From NCBI RefSeq assembly GCF_006345805.1, contig NC_043003.1, forward strand, positions 80,910,001-80,974,000: 64,000 nt of DNA, written 5' to 3'. Shown in pieces: positions 38,560-53,904 of this stretch. The position numbers and the translations under genes were made by a program. Positions within the stretch are counted from its first letter, which is position 1. Every line of letters begins with the position of its first letter. This DNA is from Octopus sinensis. Taxonomy: Eukaryota. Below the pieces are notes generated by a model. It ran no database searches, was not told the DNA's origin, and saw only the letters and a list, made by a program, of their open reading frames with translations.

Positions 38560-39640
38560 CACTTTACTCATTAATGCACTAATTAATTTTAGATCTAGCT
38601 GCTTCTGTTTGACTACTTCTTCCTTTACTTTATTTAATCATGCTGCATCTCTGTTATGATTGACTGGCTTATCCCAGATAAAACTCTAGAACTCATCTTC
38701 AGTACTTTCTTCCGCACTATTTATTTGGCTATATAATCTACTCTGGTCATTCTCAGACAATCTGTTCTGTTGATACTGATCTATTCTTTTCTGATATTTA
38801 GAAAGCTTACCTACTACTGTTCTGATAGGCTATTTCACTCTTCCATGACTATCCCAAATTATTTCTCTTTGAATAAGTATCTTTTATCAACAGATTTAAA
38901 TCTTGTCTTTCCTCACTTGTTCAGTTTCCAGGCTTCTATACTACTCAGACCTTGTCTTAAGGTCTTCACTTTATTTTTTAAACGCCTGTTCAACATTCGC
39001 TCTTTTCTAATCTTTCCTTGTGGGTTATCTAATCTTCTACTAACTACTACCTTTCCTACATAAATCAATAAGTTAGTGACACTTATTTATTTAGTAGCTT
39101 TCCTAACGATAGTAGAATCTACATTCATAGTCATACCTAGCAGCCTCCTTTTGTCGGTATCATTTAATGCTGGTAATCGCTTTCTTTCTTCTTTACTCGC
39201 TGCTTCCTTAAGTCATCTAAAACCTTCTGATCCATGCCACTAAGTTGCTGAGTTCACTAGTGCAGCTAGTCCCTTCCTGATCGGTAGTGCTATAATTCTT
39301 TTAGGTTATTCTCAATTTTGAACTGTGTCTTTTATGTTGTTGTTTGGCTTTTCTACTCCTTGGTCTCCTTTTTTAGTTCCCTTGTGATTTTTCCCACCTA
39401 CAATTCTGTCATCTTGTCTCGCATAAGCTGAAGTAAACGGCGTTAACCTTTTGACATAACGCCGCTTATAGACGTGCGTTGAAGCTTCTTTCATAAACGA
39501 GTTGTCCGAGGCGTTGTGGGGTTTGTTCATTTTATTGAATGTTTACCATATGAGATTTTTCCTGTATGTTTTCGGGATTGCAGCACTGTAGTATGCGTAT
39601 ATCACATCATTGTAGTCGTCGGCCTCTGTCCATAGTTCTT
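38560..39640 (-). pseudogene. Decayed R4/Dong-like (RLE) non-LTR retrotransposon, pre-RT region
   Basis: Minus frames give RRLKNKVKTLRQGLSSIEAW and KLSKYQKRIDQYQQNRL...DQSRLY...IWDKPVNHNRDA, resembling the QNRLF..NQKRFY..W motif run that precedes RT in R4/Dong elements (from memory); many stops. Confidence 0.6.
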
Positions 39641-39840
39641 TTCAGGCTTTGTTATTCGTTTGTAGCGATGCATCTGACATGACTTACATTAACCGTACTT
39701 TTCTTCCATTGTTTTTTCAGATTCATATCTCCTGCTTTGTGGTGGCTTCAGATGTATTCTATCTTATTATTATTGTTAATGATGTTGTTGTTGTTGTTAT
39801 TGTTGCTGTTTCTGCTGTTGTTTTTTGTTGTTGTTGTTGT

Positions 39841-40070
39841 TAAGGCGTTAAATTGGCCCAATCGTCAGCACTTTGAAAAAGGTATCACCCGGTATATAGT
39901 CCGTCGTTTGGTTCAAATTACGTCTGAGTACAAATTACGCCGAGGTGGACTTTTCCTTTCACTATTTCGTTGTCGATAAAATAAGTACCAGCTAAGAATT
40001 GTGGTTAATGTAATCGGCTAAATCCTCCACTTCGAACTTATTCCAGCGCTGTGCCAAATTTAGAAAATAT
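39841..40070 (+). mobile_element. Degenerate family A SINE after a (GTT)n tract
   Basis: taaggcg...gagtacaaattacgccgaggtggacttttcctttc...gtcgataaaataagtaccag. Confidence 0.65.
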
Positions 40071-40381
40071 TGTTGTTGTTATTGCTGTTGATATTATTAT
40101 AGTTGTTGCAGTTGATAGTGTTGGTATTATTACCTTTATTAGTGCATAGTGATGGCGGATATTTTGATCGAAGATTTCAAATAGCTTATTAGTGAGTTTA
40201 CTAGTGTGACTATCTATGGATGACTTTCTTGTCAAATATATTTTACGGCTAAGTGATTTAGTGATTATCTTCGAAAGTTTTTATGTTAATTCAACGGGTC
40301 GAAATATTTAGATTATATTATAATTTAATTTAGTGATAAATATCTGCGCGGCCATCCACACTTATACATGCATGTGTATTC

Positions 40382-40409
<28 letters not shown>

Positions 40410-40415
<6 letters not shown>

Positions 40416-40610
40416 TTTTATTCTTTTAATTCTTCCAGTCATTTGACTGGTCTACGGCCATGCTGGATCATCGCCTTTGATCGAACAAATCGAACCCATA
40501 ACTTTGTACGTATAGGACATATTTATGGAACACTTTGCTGAACCGTTATGCTGCGGGGACATCGGTTGTCAAGCGATGATGGGGAGTGGGTAAACACAGA
40601 TACGCAAATA
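40410..40610 (-). mobile_element. Family B SINE 3' half
   Basis: cagtcatttgactgg...ggccatgctggatcatcgcc...catcggttgtcaagcgatg. Confidence 0.7.
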
Positions 40611-40649
40611 TACACACCATATACATATATATGTATATATATATATATA

Positions 40650-40695
<46 letters not shown>

Positions 40696-42073
40696 GATAC
40701 TTTCAAAAACATTTTGTGTTGAGTATTGATAACATTGTGTAGAAAGTGAATCCTTCCAATTATAATATATAAATTCCCTGTATCTCAAGCTTCACATGCT
40801 AAAAGTTCTAACATGTACGCAATTAGTCGAACGCTGTGGAGAGATACATTCAGAATTCACACACCCACACCTGCATATCCTCTGTACACGTACATATATT
40901 TTGGAACCTATCGAAAAGCAACGCAATATTGCTGTTCTAACAACTTCAGCCTTTAGATAAAGAAACAGAACATAATTGTGAATAAAGTGGAATATATAGC
41001 CCGTAAACCATCATAGATAAATGCTTTGGGATTCTGCTCTATGCACCACAGAAAATCCTACGTAATTATGAAACCTATATTTTAATTAGTCTTCAAAAAC
41101 AACATGCTACCAAATTCATGAAGGATAAAATAAACACTTGTTCAACCACAGGGACACAAAGACACACACAGACACACATAGAGACTCACATAGAAACAAA
41201 CACGAATGCACCTGATGAATTAGTTCGAATGAATATATATATTTAGTTATGTTATGTTCTGTTAAGAACGTATTCGGGTACACTATGAAGCTCATCCAGC
41301 TTTAGATTTCACCCAGTACTGTCCAACAGTAGTTTTAAATCTTCTGCCAGATTTGCGTTGGGCTTCTTTAGTGTGTGAATGTATAATTCAATACGTTGGA
41401 GACAACAAGAAGTACAGAGGAAATTTTATTTGCAATCACTACAATTGTTTCCACGCAATGTAAATCTCCCGGTTCGCAGGTATTTGTTTATGTAACAGTT
41501 TCCCTGCATTATGAGATTTTGTGTTTCTTCAGGTGATATATAAATATTATTTCCCTGTTCCGTAAACTCAAATTTTCGGCTTCGATCGCATCTTTCTGTT
41601 TGTCGTTGCTATACGTCGTAGTAGTAACTTCCCAGTATACCAAAATGTGTGTTGTCGTTGAACGTTTGTTGATTAATCAGCTTTAAATATATAAGAAAAT
41701 ATCCTCATAACTGTTGCCCCTGATATTTTAGATGAGATACCATAATGTAATTAATCACATCTCCTGGCTGTCGGATTTTTTATTAATGTATTGTAGGTTT
41801 TCATTAGGATTGTTGTACGGATAATAAATTCCATTGATACGTCTTGAGAATTTATTAATTTTTATTCCTGTACTGGGGAAGTAGGAGGTTCTATTTTTTT
41901 ACTTTTTGAAGTTTTAAACCTCAAATGTTCAAGAATTATTCTGTTAACCGTGTGGCACTTACTTTTCAATAGATTCAATTTGTTATTTAAAACGGGATGA
42001 CACTTAGGCGCATCGACTGATGTTCAGATACGGCGTATTATGTCGACAAGCACAATGGTTATAAAACAAAACT

Positions 42074-42400
42074 TTGATTGATGACTTGCAGAGAAAAGGT
42101 TGTGAAATTTTTACTGAGAAATGTTTTCTGGTTAGTCAAGTCTGGCTTGAACTTTTTAAGAATCACTTCTTAAACATTACCGGTGAATTTGAAAGAAAAT
42201 TATGGCTGAATGATGGTACAAAAGAGAGTGGGTATAATATTATTGAAATTGGTCTTTTCTGGAGGCTTATACCTACTAAAACATTTATTTCTCAAGAAGA
42301 AACTCAAGGATTTAAAGCATTTAAAAATCGCCTGAAGTTTCTTCTGGGATGAAATGCTCCCAGTGATATGGTGATATGCTTGTCATCGTTCCAAAATATC
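42074..42400 (+). pseudogene. Tigger/pogo transposase remnant
   Basis: SQVWLELFKNH...ITGE...IEIGLFWRLIPTKTFISQEETQGFKAFKNRLKFLLG*NAPSD corresponds to the GWF..FK / DETGLFW..P.RTFI..E..GFK..KDRLTLLL motif. Confidence 0.75.
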
Positions 42401-45400
42401 TAATTATTTCTGTTCCTACACTGAGATATACAAATATATGATTTGCCGTAAGCATCAAAGAATTTTAACTAAGTCATTCGCCCCACTAATAGACGATGAA
42501 CTTTCAGATACAACATAGTGGCCCTCCCCCTTTCAGAATCTTCCATTTTAATAGCATCACTCACAGAGTAGGCAACACTTCTTTTGATGAAAGCATATTT
42601 TTATCTTATCTTTGACATATTTCTCTTCAAATGTTTTTAAATATACCTATTTTACTGCGTATATTTAGAAATTATTTGATGGTGTTGCTTCATGCGTGTT
42701 CTGTTTTTTTAAACTGAATCCATCCGAACGCATTATCAGTTTATAAGAAAATCAATACGATTTAATTTCGCGTTACAGGACTTAGCATTACAATTTTTTC
42801 ACATGGCAAATATTTCCTCAACTCAGAGGTCACGATATGTGTGCATGCTTCTGTATGTGTGTATGAATTTACGTATGTTTGTATGTATGTATACAACACA
42901 TTATGCGTGTGATTGGTTGCGTGTGTCTTAGTGTGTTTACATTGAGATACGAAGCAGCCATAATGAAAATATTATGATTCATATATATCATTTGTCAAAT
43001 AAAAGGTAAAAGTGAGGTAAGTATTTGGATATCAAAGTACAAGCTGTGGTATGTAATCGACATATGTACAATTTTAGAAAAGAAGCAATCACTGAACAAA
43101 TAATGTTATAAACGCTTAAACTGTATGTTTGACGAATGTGTATAAAAAGCCGTCGGATAAGTTAAATCTTTGGCTAACATTATTTAGCTTCATTTTTTTA
43201 CAACATAATTCTTAATGCGATTCTTGTCGGAATCTAAACAAAACTATAATTTCATATTATGGAACTCTAGGATACAATATTGAAGGAGCTATTGAAATTC
43301 CGTTTATAAAGATTATATACGAAATTCTACGAAAGCATCAGATTACGATAATATAATTTATTTTAAGTATGAGAAAATAAAATTTAAATGCAAAAAAGTT
43401 GCCTTTGAGAAAACAAAGAACAAGATTGAAGTTATCTGAAACTCTAAAAATTTGTCGAAAATTTCATTACCAAACACTTGTCAACATCTTTCGTATATAA
43501 AAAATACATTCACTAATATAAATTGGTAATAAAAGGAATACTGAAGAGCATGCAGGAAAATTACATTAGAAGAATAAAAAAAAATAATAAATGATGCATG
43601 TGACGGCTGAATATTTGAAGTTTCCCTGGGTGAAATATTCTATCTATTAGTGAGAAATCGAGTTTTCCATTAATATCCCGATCTTATATATTATATTTTT
43701 AAAATAATATCATCTACACCGAGCAAACAGCTTAAGCAGCCTTTTTCTTTATATTTTCCAATCATTTATTATCTTCAATTGCAAGTATTCGCAGCACGAA
43801 TCTCTGCATGTTGCAATCTCTTATGATATATAGTATCCAATAAATATTTGATAAATAACAATTTCAGCTACAATATTTCAATATATGTTACCATATTGTA
43901 TTCATCGTGTAATTATATCAGAATATATTGATTTCTAAAAGTTGTGTAAAATTAGTATTGTAATTATATAACATTCAGATTTCCTTCCTTCGTCAGAAAC
44001 AGTCTGAAGCTATCATTGGAACATATACGAACGCATGCGCATATACATATTTATATATATATACATATGTGTATACACACACATACACACGCACACGCAT
44101 GCACACACACACACACAAATACATATACACACACACACACACAAATACATATACACACACACACACACACACACAACACACACACACACATATATATATA
44201 TATACATAGCAGAATAAGTTTATATAACAGAGATAGAAGATAGTTTGAATACAATGGAAACAAATTTGTCTAGCTTTGATAGTGCATTAATGAATATATT
44301 TGTACATAATTAAATTTATAGTAAATAAGCACCATACATATGTATGTTTTCTGATAAGAACGACTTTGAATAAATAGATATGCTTTTCTTAAAACAATTT
44401 TAATTATGAAATATACTGAAGTCTGAATTTTCCATTAAATATATTGTCAAATATTCATGAGTAATTATATGAAAGTATTTTATACCCTTTAACTATTTAA
44501 TCGTCGAAATCAAAGACATTTATAAAGTAACACTATTATATCATCTTAATAGACTTTCATACTAATCTAGTTAACTTTTATAAATCATTAAGCACTACAA
44601 TTTGACGTTTTCATAAATGACAAGCTATCTGCACATTTTTGTAACATTTTCATACTATTTGGTTTACAAATATTTTGTAGGAATTTTAATGATTTTTAAA
44701 TAAATTCATAATAAATTTTTATGACCAAAATAACAGTCCAAATATTTAATTTGCAATATGCAATTAGTTATTCATGCATAATTGAGAACAGTTCTTGATT
44801 TTGAATTTAACTTATTAAAGATTATTTGAAATTTGTGTTGTATGTAAATGAGTGGGAAATGAAATAAAGAGCATAAATATATTAACTCGAGGGGCATGTT
44901 TTTACTAAAATACATATTTGTTTTTAACCTTACACTGTCGAAATTTTAATAAAATCTGTGAAAACATATACTTGTGTATATTTTCTAACCTCAAAAATAT
45001 TTTCAACATTGAAATAAACGAACAGAAATTATGGTTGCAGAACTTTTTTCTTGAGACTCCCTGTATAATATACTGGCTAATGCTAGATTTTACATTGTGT
45101 AATTCGAAACAAAATATGGCTTTGACTAACACTTTCAACTAATTGGCCCCCATAGAGTTTGAAATGGCGATCATTCAATTTCAGAACCATTTGTTGTGAC
45201 TAAGTATTTTTATTCGGCCAGAGTGTTAAAGATAAAATTAATATTGTTTAGTTGAATAATATGCTATTGTATATCATTTCATTTCTTTTAAATTTCCATT
45301 TAGTTTGAGAGTTATCTATTTTCATATATCTCGTTTGTCGTATTCATTAAGCGTTTCAATTTAAAGCAGCAAGCAGAGCAGCCTCAACGTGGTCATATAA

Positions 45401-48400
45401 ATTGCTTGACATAACGATGAAAGCTCTTTCGAGTCAGAGTCTACTGTCTTGAGGTTACTTTAGACAACGTAGTTTTATATATGTAAGTGTTTCTCTGTCT
45501 TGAAACCCATTGGTCATAGTTCAACTGAAACTGTGCGGACCAAAGACGAAGCAAAGATCAAGTTCAATAAAATTGTTTAGTTTGTCATGACAACATTATT
45601 ATAGTTTCCTTGTAGTATATCACAAAACTTATGACACACGTCTCATTTTATGCCACATTGAATATGATCATTCCTAAATGCATTCGATTTTTAGATATAT
45701 AAAAAATTATTATTGTATTGTTCTGTCCCTGTTTTCTGTATTGGAATCAATAGTTTAGCTAATCATGTTTTATCCTTCTCACAACAAATGTCGTATCAGT
45801 TAAAATTGCTCTGTAAACTTAGGAACGGAACCTACGCTGCTTCTAAGGTGGTTAATGACTAGTGCTTAGGCAAAATGCGGTATTGGTTCCGATTGGTTTC
45901 ATTGAGTTCCAATACTGCTGAATTTGATTTGACATCCATCCTCTCCTACCAATGTAACAAATAGGAGTAAGGGATTGACTGATTAAGAGTTTCTTTAATG
46001 GTTCATAGCAGTATTTGTTCTGGTTCTCATCCTGATTTAACATCCCAATTGGATGACACAATTAATCCGACACTTAATTTGACAAACACACTCCACTACC
46101 TTCAACACACTCCAGGCTACTGGAATTATTCGAGTCAATTCAATTCTCTTGTTTAAGGATAGATACCTTCTTTCTCGTATTCGTCTTGCAATCCTAGTAA
46201 ATGATCATAGCCACTACATTCTCCCTTCAATGAAAGAAAGAAATCTATTGACTATTTTGTGGTAAAATATTGCCTTGTATTGGACGATACGATGGGACTT
46301 GAGTTTGTTTGATAACGGCACACAGGGCATTACATAGTTATTGTGTAGTATTATTTAGCAGGTTTCTTTACTCCGTGATTGTTTCACAGGACGAAAGTTA
46401 ATCATGTTACATAAAATAATGATCAAGAATATGTTCTACATTTATAAATTTAATATATTAAGGAAATATAATTAGTACAAATGCCCAATGTTTGATTTAT
46501 AAACATGAAATCAGTGCAATGATAGATCACTGAAATAATTAAATTTAATACCATTGGTAGCACGAATGAAGGTGCGGGGTTATGTATACCATATTAACTT
46601 TAAAAACAAGCGTAAAATTTGCACTATCTATAAAGGTATTCTTGTAAATTAAATTTTGGTTAAAGTAAATGAGAATAATGGACTATCTATGTATTTGCAA
46701 ACTCTTGTATTGACAGACATCTAATTTAAATATATTTGGCAATCCACTTTGTATTCAATATTCATTGCCCAATGGTTTCAATATATGATGAGATCATGAA
46801 CGTGTTAGATGTGTATAATATAGTACAAAAAAAAAATTTTTATTGTTGTAAGATGCTGAATGTTTGAATTTGAAAGCGTTTGTAAATCGATATTTTTCGC
46901 AGTGCTTTGTTGAACACAGCGAAATTGAATCATGCTGCAGGAAATGAGGATCGGAATTTTGGTGAAGAGAATTTTCGCCAAAATTTATATTTATAACGTT
47001 AAGCATTAGAAGAAATATTTATCTTCGTGGTGGAAATAATTACTATTGTGAAAAAATTATATAATTGAAACAATTATATCATGGAATAGTCATCATAATT
47101 ACTTTAAAATGAAATATCTCATGATATGCACCTTAATTTTATTTTGTGACATTTTAATAGTGATTTCTGACTTATACAGACAATCGCACATTTAAATACA
47201 GGAACAAGCAATTATATAGAATACAGTTACCGATTGATACAATTTCATCAAGATATGGAAGATGAAAGTAAAGTAGATGAAAATAAAGGTAGTATGATTC
47301 GAATCGAAATTTAAGGGAAGTAATTAGGTTTTGCAAGGTGTTAACATACGCTTTTCCACTGTTTATCCTGTAGAGGCCCCTATTTGGTGAAATACATATT
47401 TCTTTTGCAAAATAAATAAATACAAAATAAAACATGAATGAGGAGAATGCTGTCTCGGCAGACATTATGGCTTGCAGAGTTTGGTTCTTACACCTTATGC
47501 ACTGAGCACTTATCACTCAGGTGTAAACATTGCATTCGTCGTTCGCAAATTGTAAAATAAATACCATTCAGGATCTCTGTAATATAAAATATGATTTTTC
47601 TCCTGTCTACAAATGTATGTGGCCTTGCAGAATTCTTTTGACAAACAAGTACAGCTCCATAATATATATCTTTTTAATTTATTAGAATATATATTCTCGA
47701 AACATGCTGCTATAGCAGTTCTACTCTCCATAAACTGATCATTCCCATATATATTTTGTCATTCTATGTGAGGAGAGATTCAATATATAATTTTCTTGCA
47801 GATTTTACATGCTGTGACAGCTATCTACACCGCCGAATGTAAACAGTAATTTACAAGTATACGAGTCACCATTTCCTCTATACCTATTCTCCACACATAA
47901 GTACTACTACTTATACTGTACGTGGTAATTTATGTTCACACTGGACTTTTGCGAAACCGTTCAATCAGCTAAATAACATTCACAAGCATGCCAAACTGTA
48001 ACGTTCTAACAAGATATTCTACCATAAAAATATGGTTTCTACTGTGTCATTCTCTCTATGATACCTTCATGTGCATTTATATTATATGATCTCGGCACAG
48101 TTCAAATATTTTACATAGTTGGAGGCTTTGTTGCAAACATACGGAAAATTGTTTTCATTAATAATTGATATTCACAAAACAAAATGAGAAATTCCTAGTG
48201 CCATATATGTAAACACACACTTAAACACACACACGGACACATGAACACACGCACATACATACGGACATATGTACGGATATACTCATATATATAGATCTAT
48301 ATCTACATATATTAATAATATCACCGTTCTAGGGTTGCACATCAAAAGCCATATGTGAATTTATAATACTTACAAGTATTTATACCTGCATAAATAGGTG

Positions 48401-48430
48401 TTATCTGGTATAGCTTCCTATATATATATA

Positions 48431-48475
<45 letters not shown>

Positions 48476-48491
48476 ATATATATATATATAC

Positions 48492-48522
<31 letters not shown>

Positions 48523-51172
48523 GGCTATATGTGTGTATCTATATACACACGATCACATGAGTATATATAAACAAATATGTCTGACCATATCTAGTTACCA
48601 CTTTTGCAAGTGCATAACTCTCTCAAGTCTGTTTTAAAATCACAAATGCCATCTAATGCCACGGTGTTACAGACGGGAGTCTGAGTGACGTAGGTAAAGG
48701 AGCTGGATAAACACAAGTCCGAAAAGCACACTACTTGTTACTAATGACAAAATCCTGAAAAAAAGTAAAATTATCACAGTCCGTGGTCACATATTTCTGA
48801 CAAATCTCTTACAATACATGGATTTTTATTGTGGAACGTTGCATCGCATCACTGCGCCTCCTTCTCTGGCATACATAACCTAAACCAAAAATATGTTTTA
48901 CATTTTTTAATAACTGTGTTACATTCATGAAACATTTGTTTATTATCAAAATTGAAAAAAAAACTCCAAGACAAGAATGGAATAATAGCAATCCTTTATC
49001 TCAGCTATTTGCAATTACAGGATGACAATAAAACCGTGGCGATAGTGTATCACCTTGGTGGCCGGTCGCAGTAATAAAATATCACTGCTAGAAAAGAATA
49101 CAGATCTCCCTTCGGCCATGGCAATTCTTTTGATCAAAATATAAGAGACAATATGAAAGAAAATATATTTGAGATAAGGTACTTCCATAACGTAGTTTGT
49201 TTGTCATAAATTTCGTAACGATTTTGATGTCAAAGCTGAATAACAAAAATTAAAAAGGCACAGCTGAAGCATTTTAATTTAAATTGAATACGCGAAGAAC
49301 AATAGTAACAGGGAATCACCACAGTATGTTCGTCCTTCGCTAACTGAAATCATGATAAGGATTTGGAAGTATGACGGATAACAGCTGCAAGTTGCTAGAC
49401 ATAGCATACACTGGCCTAAACCAAAAGACTTAAAAGGGTAAATAGACAGAGATATCACTGATTAAGAGCGTCAATATCATAATGTTCCATATATACAGTA
49501 TGAAAAATCTCACAGCAGGCCGCCAACAATTTTTTCTGCAAAATAGGGGTAACTTAACCTGTTCAGGCTATATTATTATCCTTATCCTGCGTTTGAGAAT
49601 TTAGAATCACTTATTTAACTTTGTAGGATATCTCAACGCTTCTAACGCAGGCTTCGTTTGTTCGTTTACGTTCATCGTAATTTGAATTTAAAGTATGAAG
49701 AGAATTAAATTAGTATGAGGTCAAGAAAAAAGAGCACAAAACATATCCATTGAATACGGAGAAAGAATTATTAACTTACACAAGTATGTAATTAATACCA
49801 CAAAAGTAGTTAATTTTCATATCTCACAGTTTGCATATATGTACGAAAGTCTTTTTAAAATTCGATGTACCTTTACACAAGATGGTAAAGTCAAAAGATA
49901 CTGAATGTGTGACTTTTAAAGCATGAGAAAATACTTTACTGTGGTTTTAGCATGCTACGCTGATAGAATAAAACTATCACCATTTTAATCGTTAAAAAAA
50001 AATACATTACCTGAAGAAAGAATAAGTAGTAGCATTTATCTCATTGAGGCAGAAATGAAATTATGGTTCAACAAAGATTCATCCAACCGAATAGGTGATC
50101 AGTTAGAGAAACTTGCCGTATGGGGCCAGTTTATTTTCATTGAGCCAAACTTGTTAATGAGGCAAGTTTCAGAAATGAAGACCCAATTAGCTGAATTTTC
50201 AGTAACCGTATGTGGAGATTTCTCTCAATAAGCCAATAAAATTATTCAAGCGGAAGAATTGGAGCAAGTGGATGAAGTATTCAGATTTTGAAATGACACT
50301 AACAGAGAGAAAGAGGTCTACTATTACACTGTTGTGTGACTGGACAAGAAGTTCATTTATTTCTGTAAAAGGAAGGTAGTTGTGAAGTCATTTGAAACAA
50401 TGTGGCATAGAGAATGCCCATAATGGCACTGGAAATGATTTACTGCTTGAAGAAAATATTCATGACGTAAATCTTACTCTCGGGAATTCCAGTAAAGAAG
50501 AAGGTATCAGCATTAGGGATGCGAACATTGAGATTAAGTTTACAGGCTTAATGGATGCTGATCTACTTTGTGCAGATCATGTTCTACGATTTACGTTTTA
50601 TGCATGATGATTAAACAGTTATCATAATTTTCTGTTTCTTCCTATTTATTTCCTTGTTGCTACGTACAACAGTCTGCTATTCTCTCGAATATCAGTTTCT
50701 GTTAATATGCATTCATTTTGTCTCTTCTTCAAGGGTACAGTTTAGTGATATTCAAGGACATTTTGCCTTATCTGCATATGAATTCTGTGTCAATCTGAAT
50801 TCATTCACATATAATACGTATTGCTATTTGCTTTGCTTAAGTTTTGACAATATTGCGTAACTAGATTCAGCAATATCAATCTATTTCTGTTTTACTAGGG
50901 CAGAAAGAAATTGATATCTGCTGGTGTGAAGTTAAATTATATGATTTCAGACCTTATTCCAAAGTGACATCACAGCATTGCATTTACCTTCACAGAACTA
51001 TACATTTATCCTTACGATACCTCTTTAAAATAGCTTTCAGTAAATATATAATGAAATATAATAAAAATTTCATTTTCTATCACCCACGAAATAGCCATGC
51101 GTCATAGGGCTACGTCTTATGCAAACGTTCGTCTGATACGCCGGCAAATACGATTTATGTGTGTGTGTTTGT

Positions 51173-51214
<42 letters not shown>

Positions 51215-51216
<2 letters not shown>

Positions 51217-51342
51217 AATTAGAGGTAAAACTTGGTGGTTATATCTCTAATTCATATTATATATATAACTATACTGTGAAATTTGATTTAATCCTAAATC
51301 TAATTTTTCCCTGTAAGTTTGGAGCCATACTCCCTAATATTG

Positions 51343-51400
<58 letters not shown>
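51215..51400. repeat. Dispersed repeat between (TA)n tracts (inverted homologue of 7595-7705)
   Basis: aatcctaaatctaatttttccctgtaagtttgga is the near-exact reverse complement of 7615-7650. Confidence 0.75.
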
Positions 51401-51405
<5 letters not shown>

Positions 51406-52419
51406 GCTTGTATATATAGTGTGTTACGTTGTGTGTATGTATTATTTTATGACACACACACGAAAAAATGACATCTGAAATGATATGTGTAATAATGAAA
51501 GATAGAGAAATATATACTCATATATATGTATATGTGTATGTATGCGTGATTGTGTATAGGAATTGCGTATGTTTGCATAATGATATTTGAGGATGTATTT
51601 CAGTACGTACGTATATATGTATGCGAAATGATGTCTGATTTGATCTGATGTAATATTTGCTGTCACTTTGTTATTTAATACAACAGAAAGACTTAATTGT
51701 CATAAATTATTTCAATTTACATCAACTCAGTTAATTTACTTGGTCAATGAAACTATTGTTGTCTATTCAATTAAATGAAATACATTCTATCATTTAATTC
51801 AATCAATGTCTAATGAGTTCCTACAGTCGGTAACCCATCACACTCTAATATCATTATCAAATTCCATATGTGTCATAATGTACGATGTTGCTGCATGACA
51901 GCTACGAAGAAAAGATTTTCACTTTTTGTTGAACTTTTCCCAAATATTTACTCGAAAGCTATGGGTTTACGAAAAGATTTGTGGATATTTGGCTTCTAAA
52001 ATGTCCTCGTTGGTTGTGTATGTATCAAAAGATGTTTTGCAGATACTAGAGATAATTTAAGCTAGATTATATCGACTGTAGTGTAAATAGATAAAGCAAT
52101 TAAATCGTTAAAATCTATTTTACCCATCTGAAAATGAGAACCTTTATATTAATCGTTCATTCATTCTTAAGGTCAACATTTCATGGTATAACCGTGATGA
52201 TGCCATTGCGAAAATTACTCTACCACGAAACTGCATTTTGGTTATAGAAATGCGACAGAATGATTTGTCATCAGGATATATGTGAAATATTAATTCAAGA
52301 ATTTTAGTTTTGTTAGATGACTAATACATATTGAAAACAGTATTTCTTTAGGTTTCAAAACGCGGTCTCGGTCCAATGCACACCCAGATACATATGTCTC
52401 TTTGTTTGTTTGCATATTT

Positions 52420-52458
<39 letters not shown>

Positions 52459-52463
<5 letters not shown>

Positions 52464-52645
52464 ATCTAAACATCTACAAAGAGAAGACACAACAACGCGG
52501 GGATGTGGAATAAGTATAGTGTTATTGGACGCTCAGGAAAGAAAAGAAGGACGATGTAACGGTCCGAGTGAAGCCTTTCGACAGAAATATAGAAAAAAGG
52601 ATGGGAAGACAGAGAAAGAAAATCGTCAACAATACACACGCGGTC
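52459..52645 (-). mobile_element. Second copy of the 30760-30950 repeat, hammerhead core decayed
   Basis: Shared gt.ttattggacgctcaggaaagaa; the core reads CTGTCGA...GGAC instead of CTGACGA...GAAA. Confidence 0.75.
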
Positions 52646-53277
52646 ACACAAACACACTCACATATATATACATAAGCACGCACGGACACACACACACGCA
52701 CACATGCACACTCACACAGAAGCACACATACACATACAAACACACACACATAGAATTATGTGAGTAATGAAAAAATGTATACTAACTACTATTCGATTAA
52801 TATTATTCTAATCTGTTGTTGTCAAGTCTATGTGCTAAGACTTCCTCAATGAAGTACAGTCTTTTCCATACTTACCACATTCCCTGAATGTGGATCGCTG
52901 AACTCATACAAAATATTGTACATGCATAGTCACCAGATATTTATATTGAGCGAGAGTAAGCAGCTGTTTTGAAAAATGGCTTCAAGCGATGCTCCGCCTA
53001 TATTTCATTTGACACACATGAACATATCCTGTGAAATAATTGAGGTTGGTAAAGAATATATTACTCACTCTAATAATATGTCCAAGGGAAACTTCAGTGA
53101 AATACTAATAAAAAAAATTGCAGATATTCACAGAAGATTTATATTTTATGTCATATTGGGAAATGACTCAACTGCTCTCTATTTTGTTTTGCGCTTCAGA
53201 AAATAATTAATTGAATTACAATCTCTTCTTAAATCAAATGCTCATTGTACTACCGCAACACTTATTAGCAATTAGTC

Positions 53278-53416
53278 GATGATGATGATGATGATGAAGA
53301 TGATGTTGATGATGATGATGACGATAGTGGTGTTATTGGTGATGATGAAGACGACGATGATGATGATGACGATAACGATGATGATGAAGATGATGATGAT
53401 GATCATGATGATGATC

Positions 53417-53450
<34 letters not shown>

Positions 53451-53667
53451 CGACGTTGACGATGATGACGATAGTAGTGGTACTGGTGATGATGAAGACG
53501 ACGATAATGATGATGACGATGACGATGATGATGAAGATGATAATGATGATGATGATGATGATGATGAAGATGATGATGATGATGACGTTGACGATGATGA
53601 CGATAGTGGTGGTATTGGTGATGATGAAGACGACGATGATGATGATGACGATGACGATGATGATGAA

Positions 53668-53717
<50 letters not shown>

Positions 53718-53801
53718 CGTTGACGATGATGACGATAGTAGTGGTACTGGTGATGATGAAGACGACGATAATGATGATGACGATGACGATGATGATGAAG
53801 G

Positions 53802-53844
<43 letters not shown>

Positions 53845-53904
53845 AATGATGATGATGATAGTGGTGGTGATGATGATGATGAAGATGATGATAATGATGA
53901 TGAA
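53278..53904 (+). repeat. (GAT)n-based trinucleotide array with higher-order ~130-bp units (A-B-A-B)
   Basis: Units marked by agt-ggt-gtt/ggt-att-ggt (53326, 53605) alternate with agt-agt-ggt-act-ggt (53473, 53737). Confidence 0.95.

Noticed and set aside
46850-47520. Possible small exons and a 114-aa minus ORF
   Set aside because: Plausible AG/GT pairs occur on both strands but there is no homology signal; indistinguishable from chance in AT-rich DNA.
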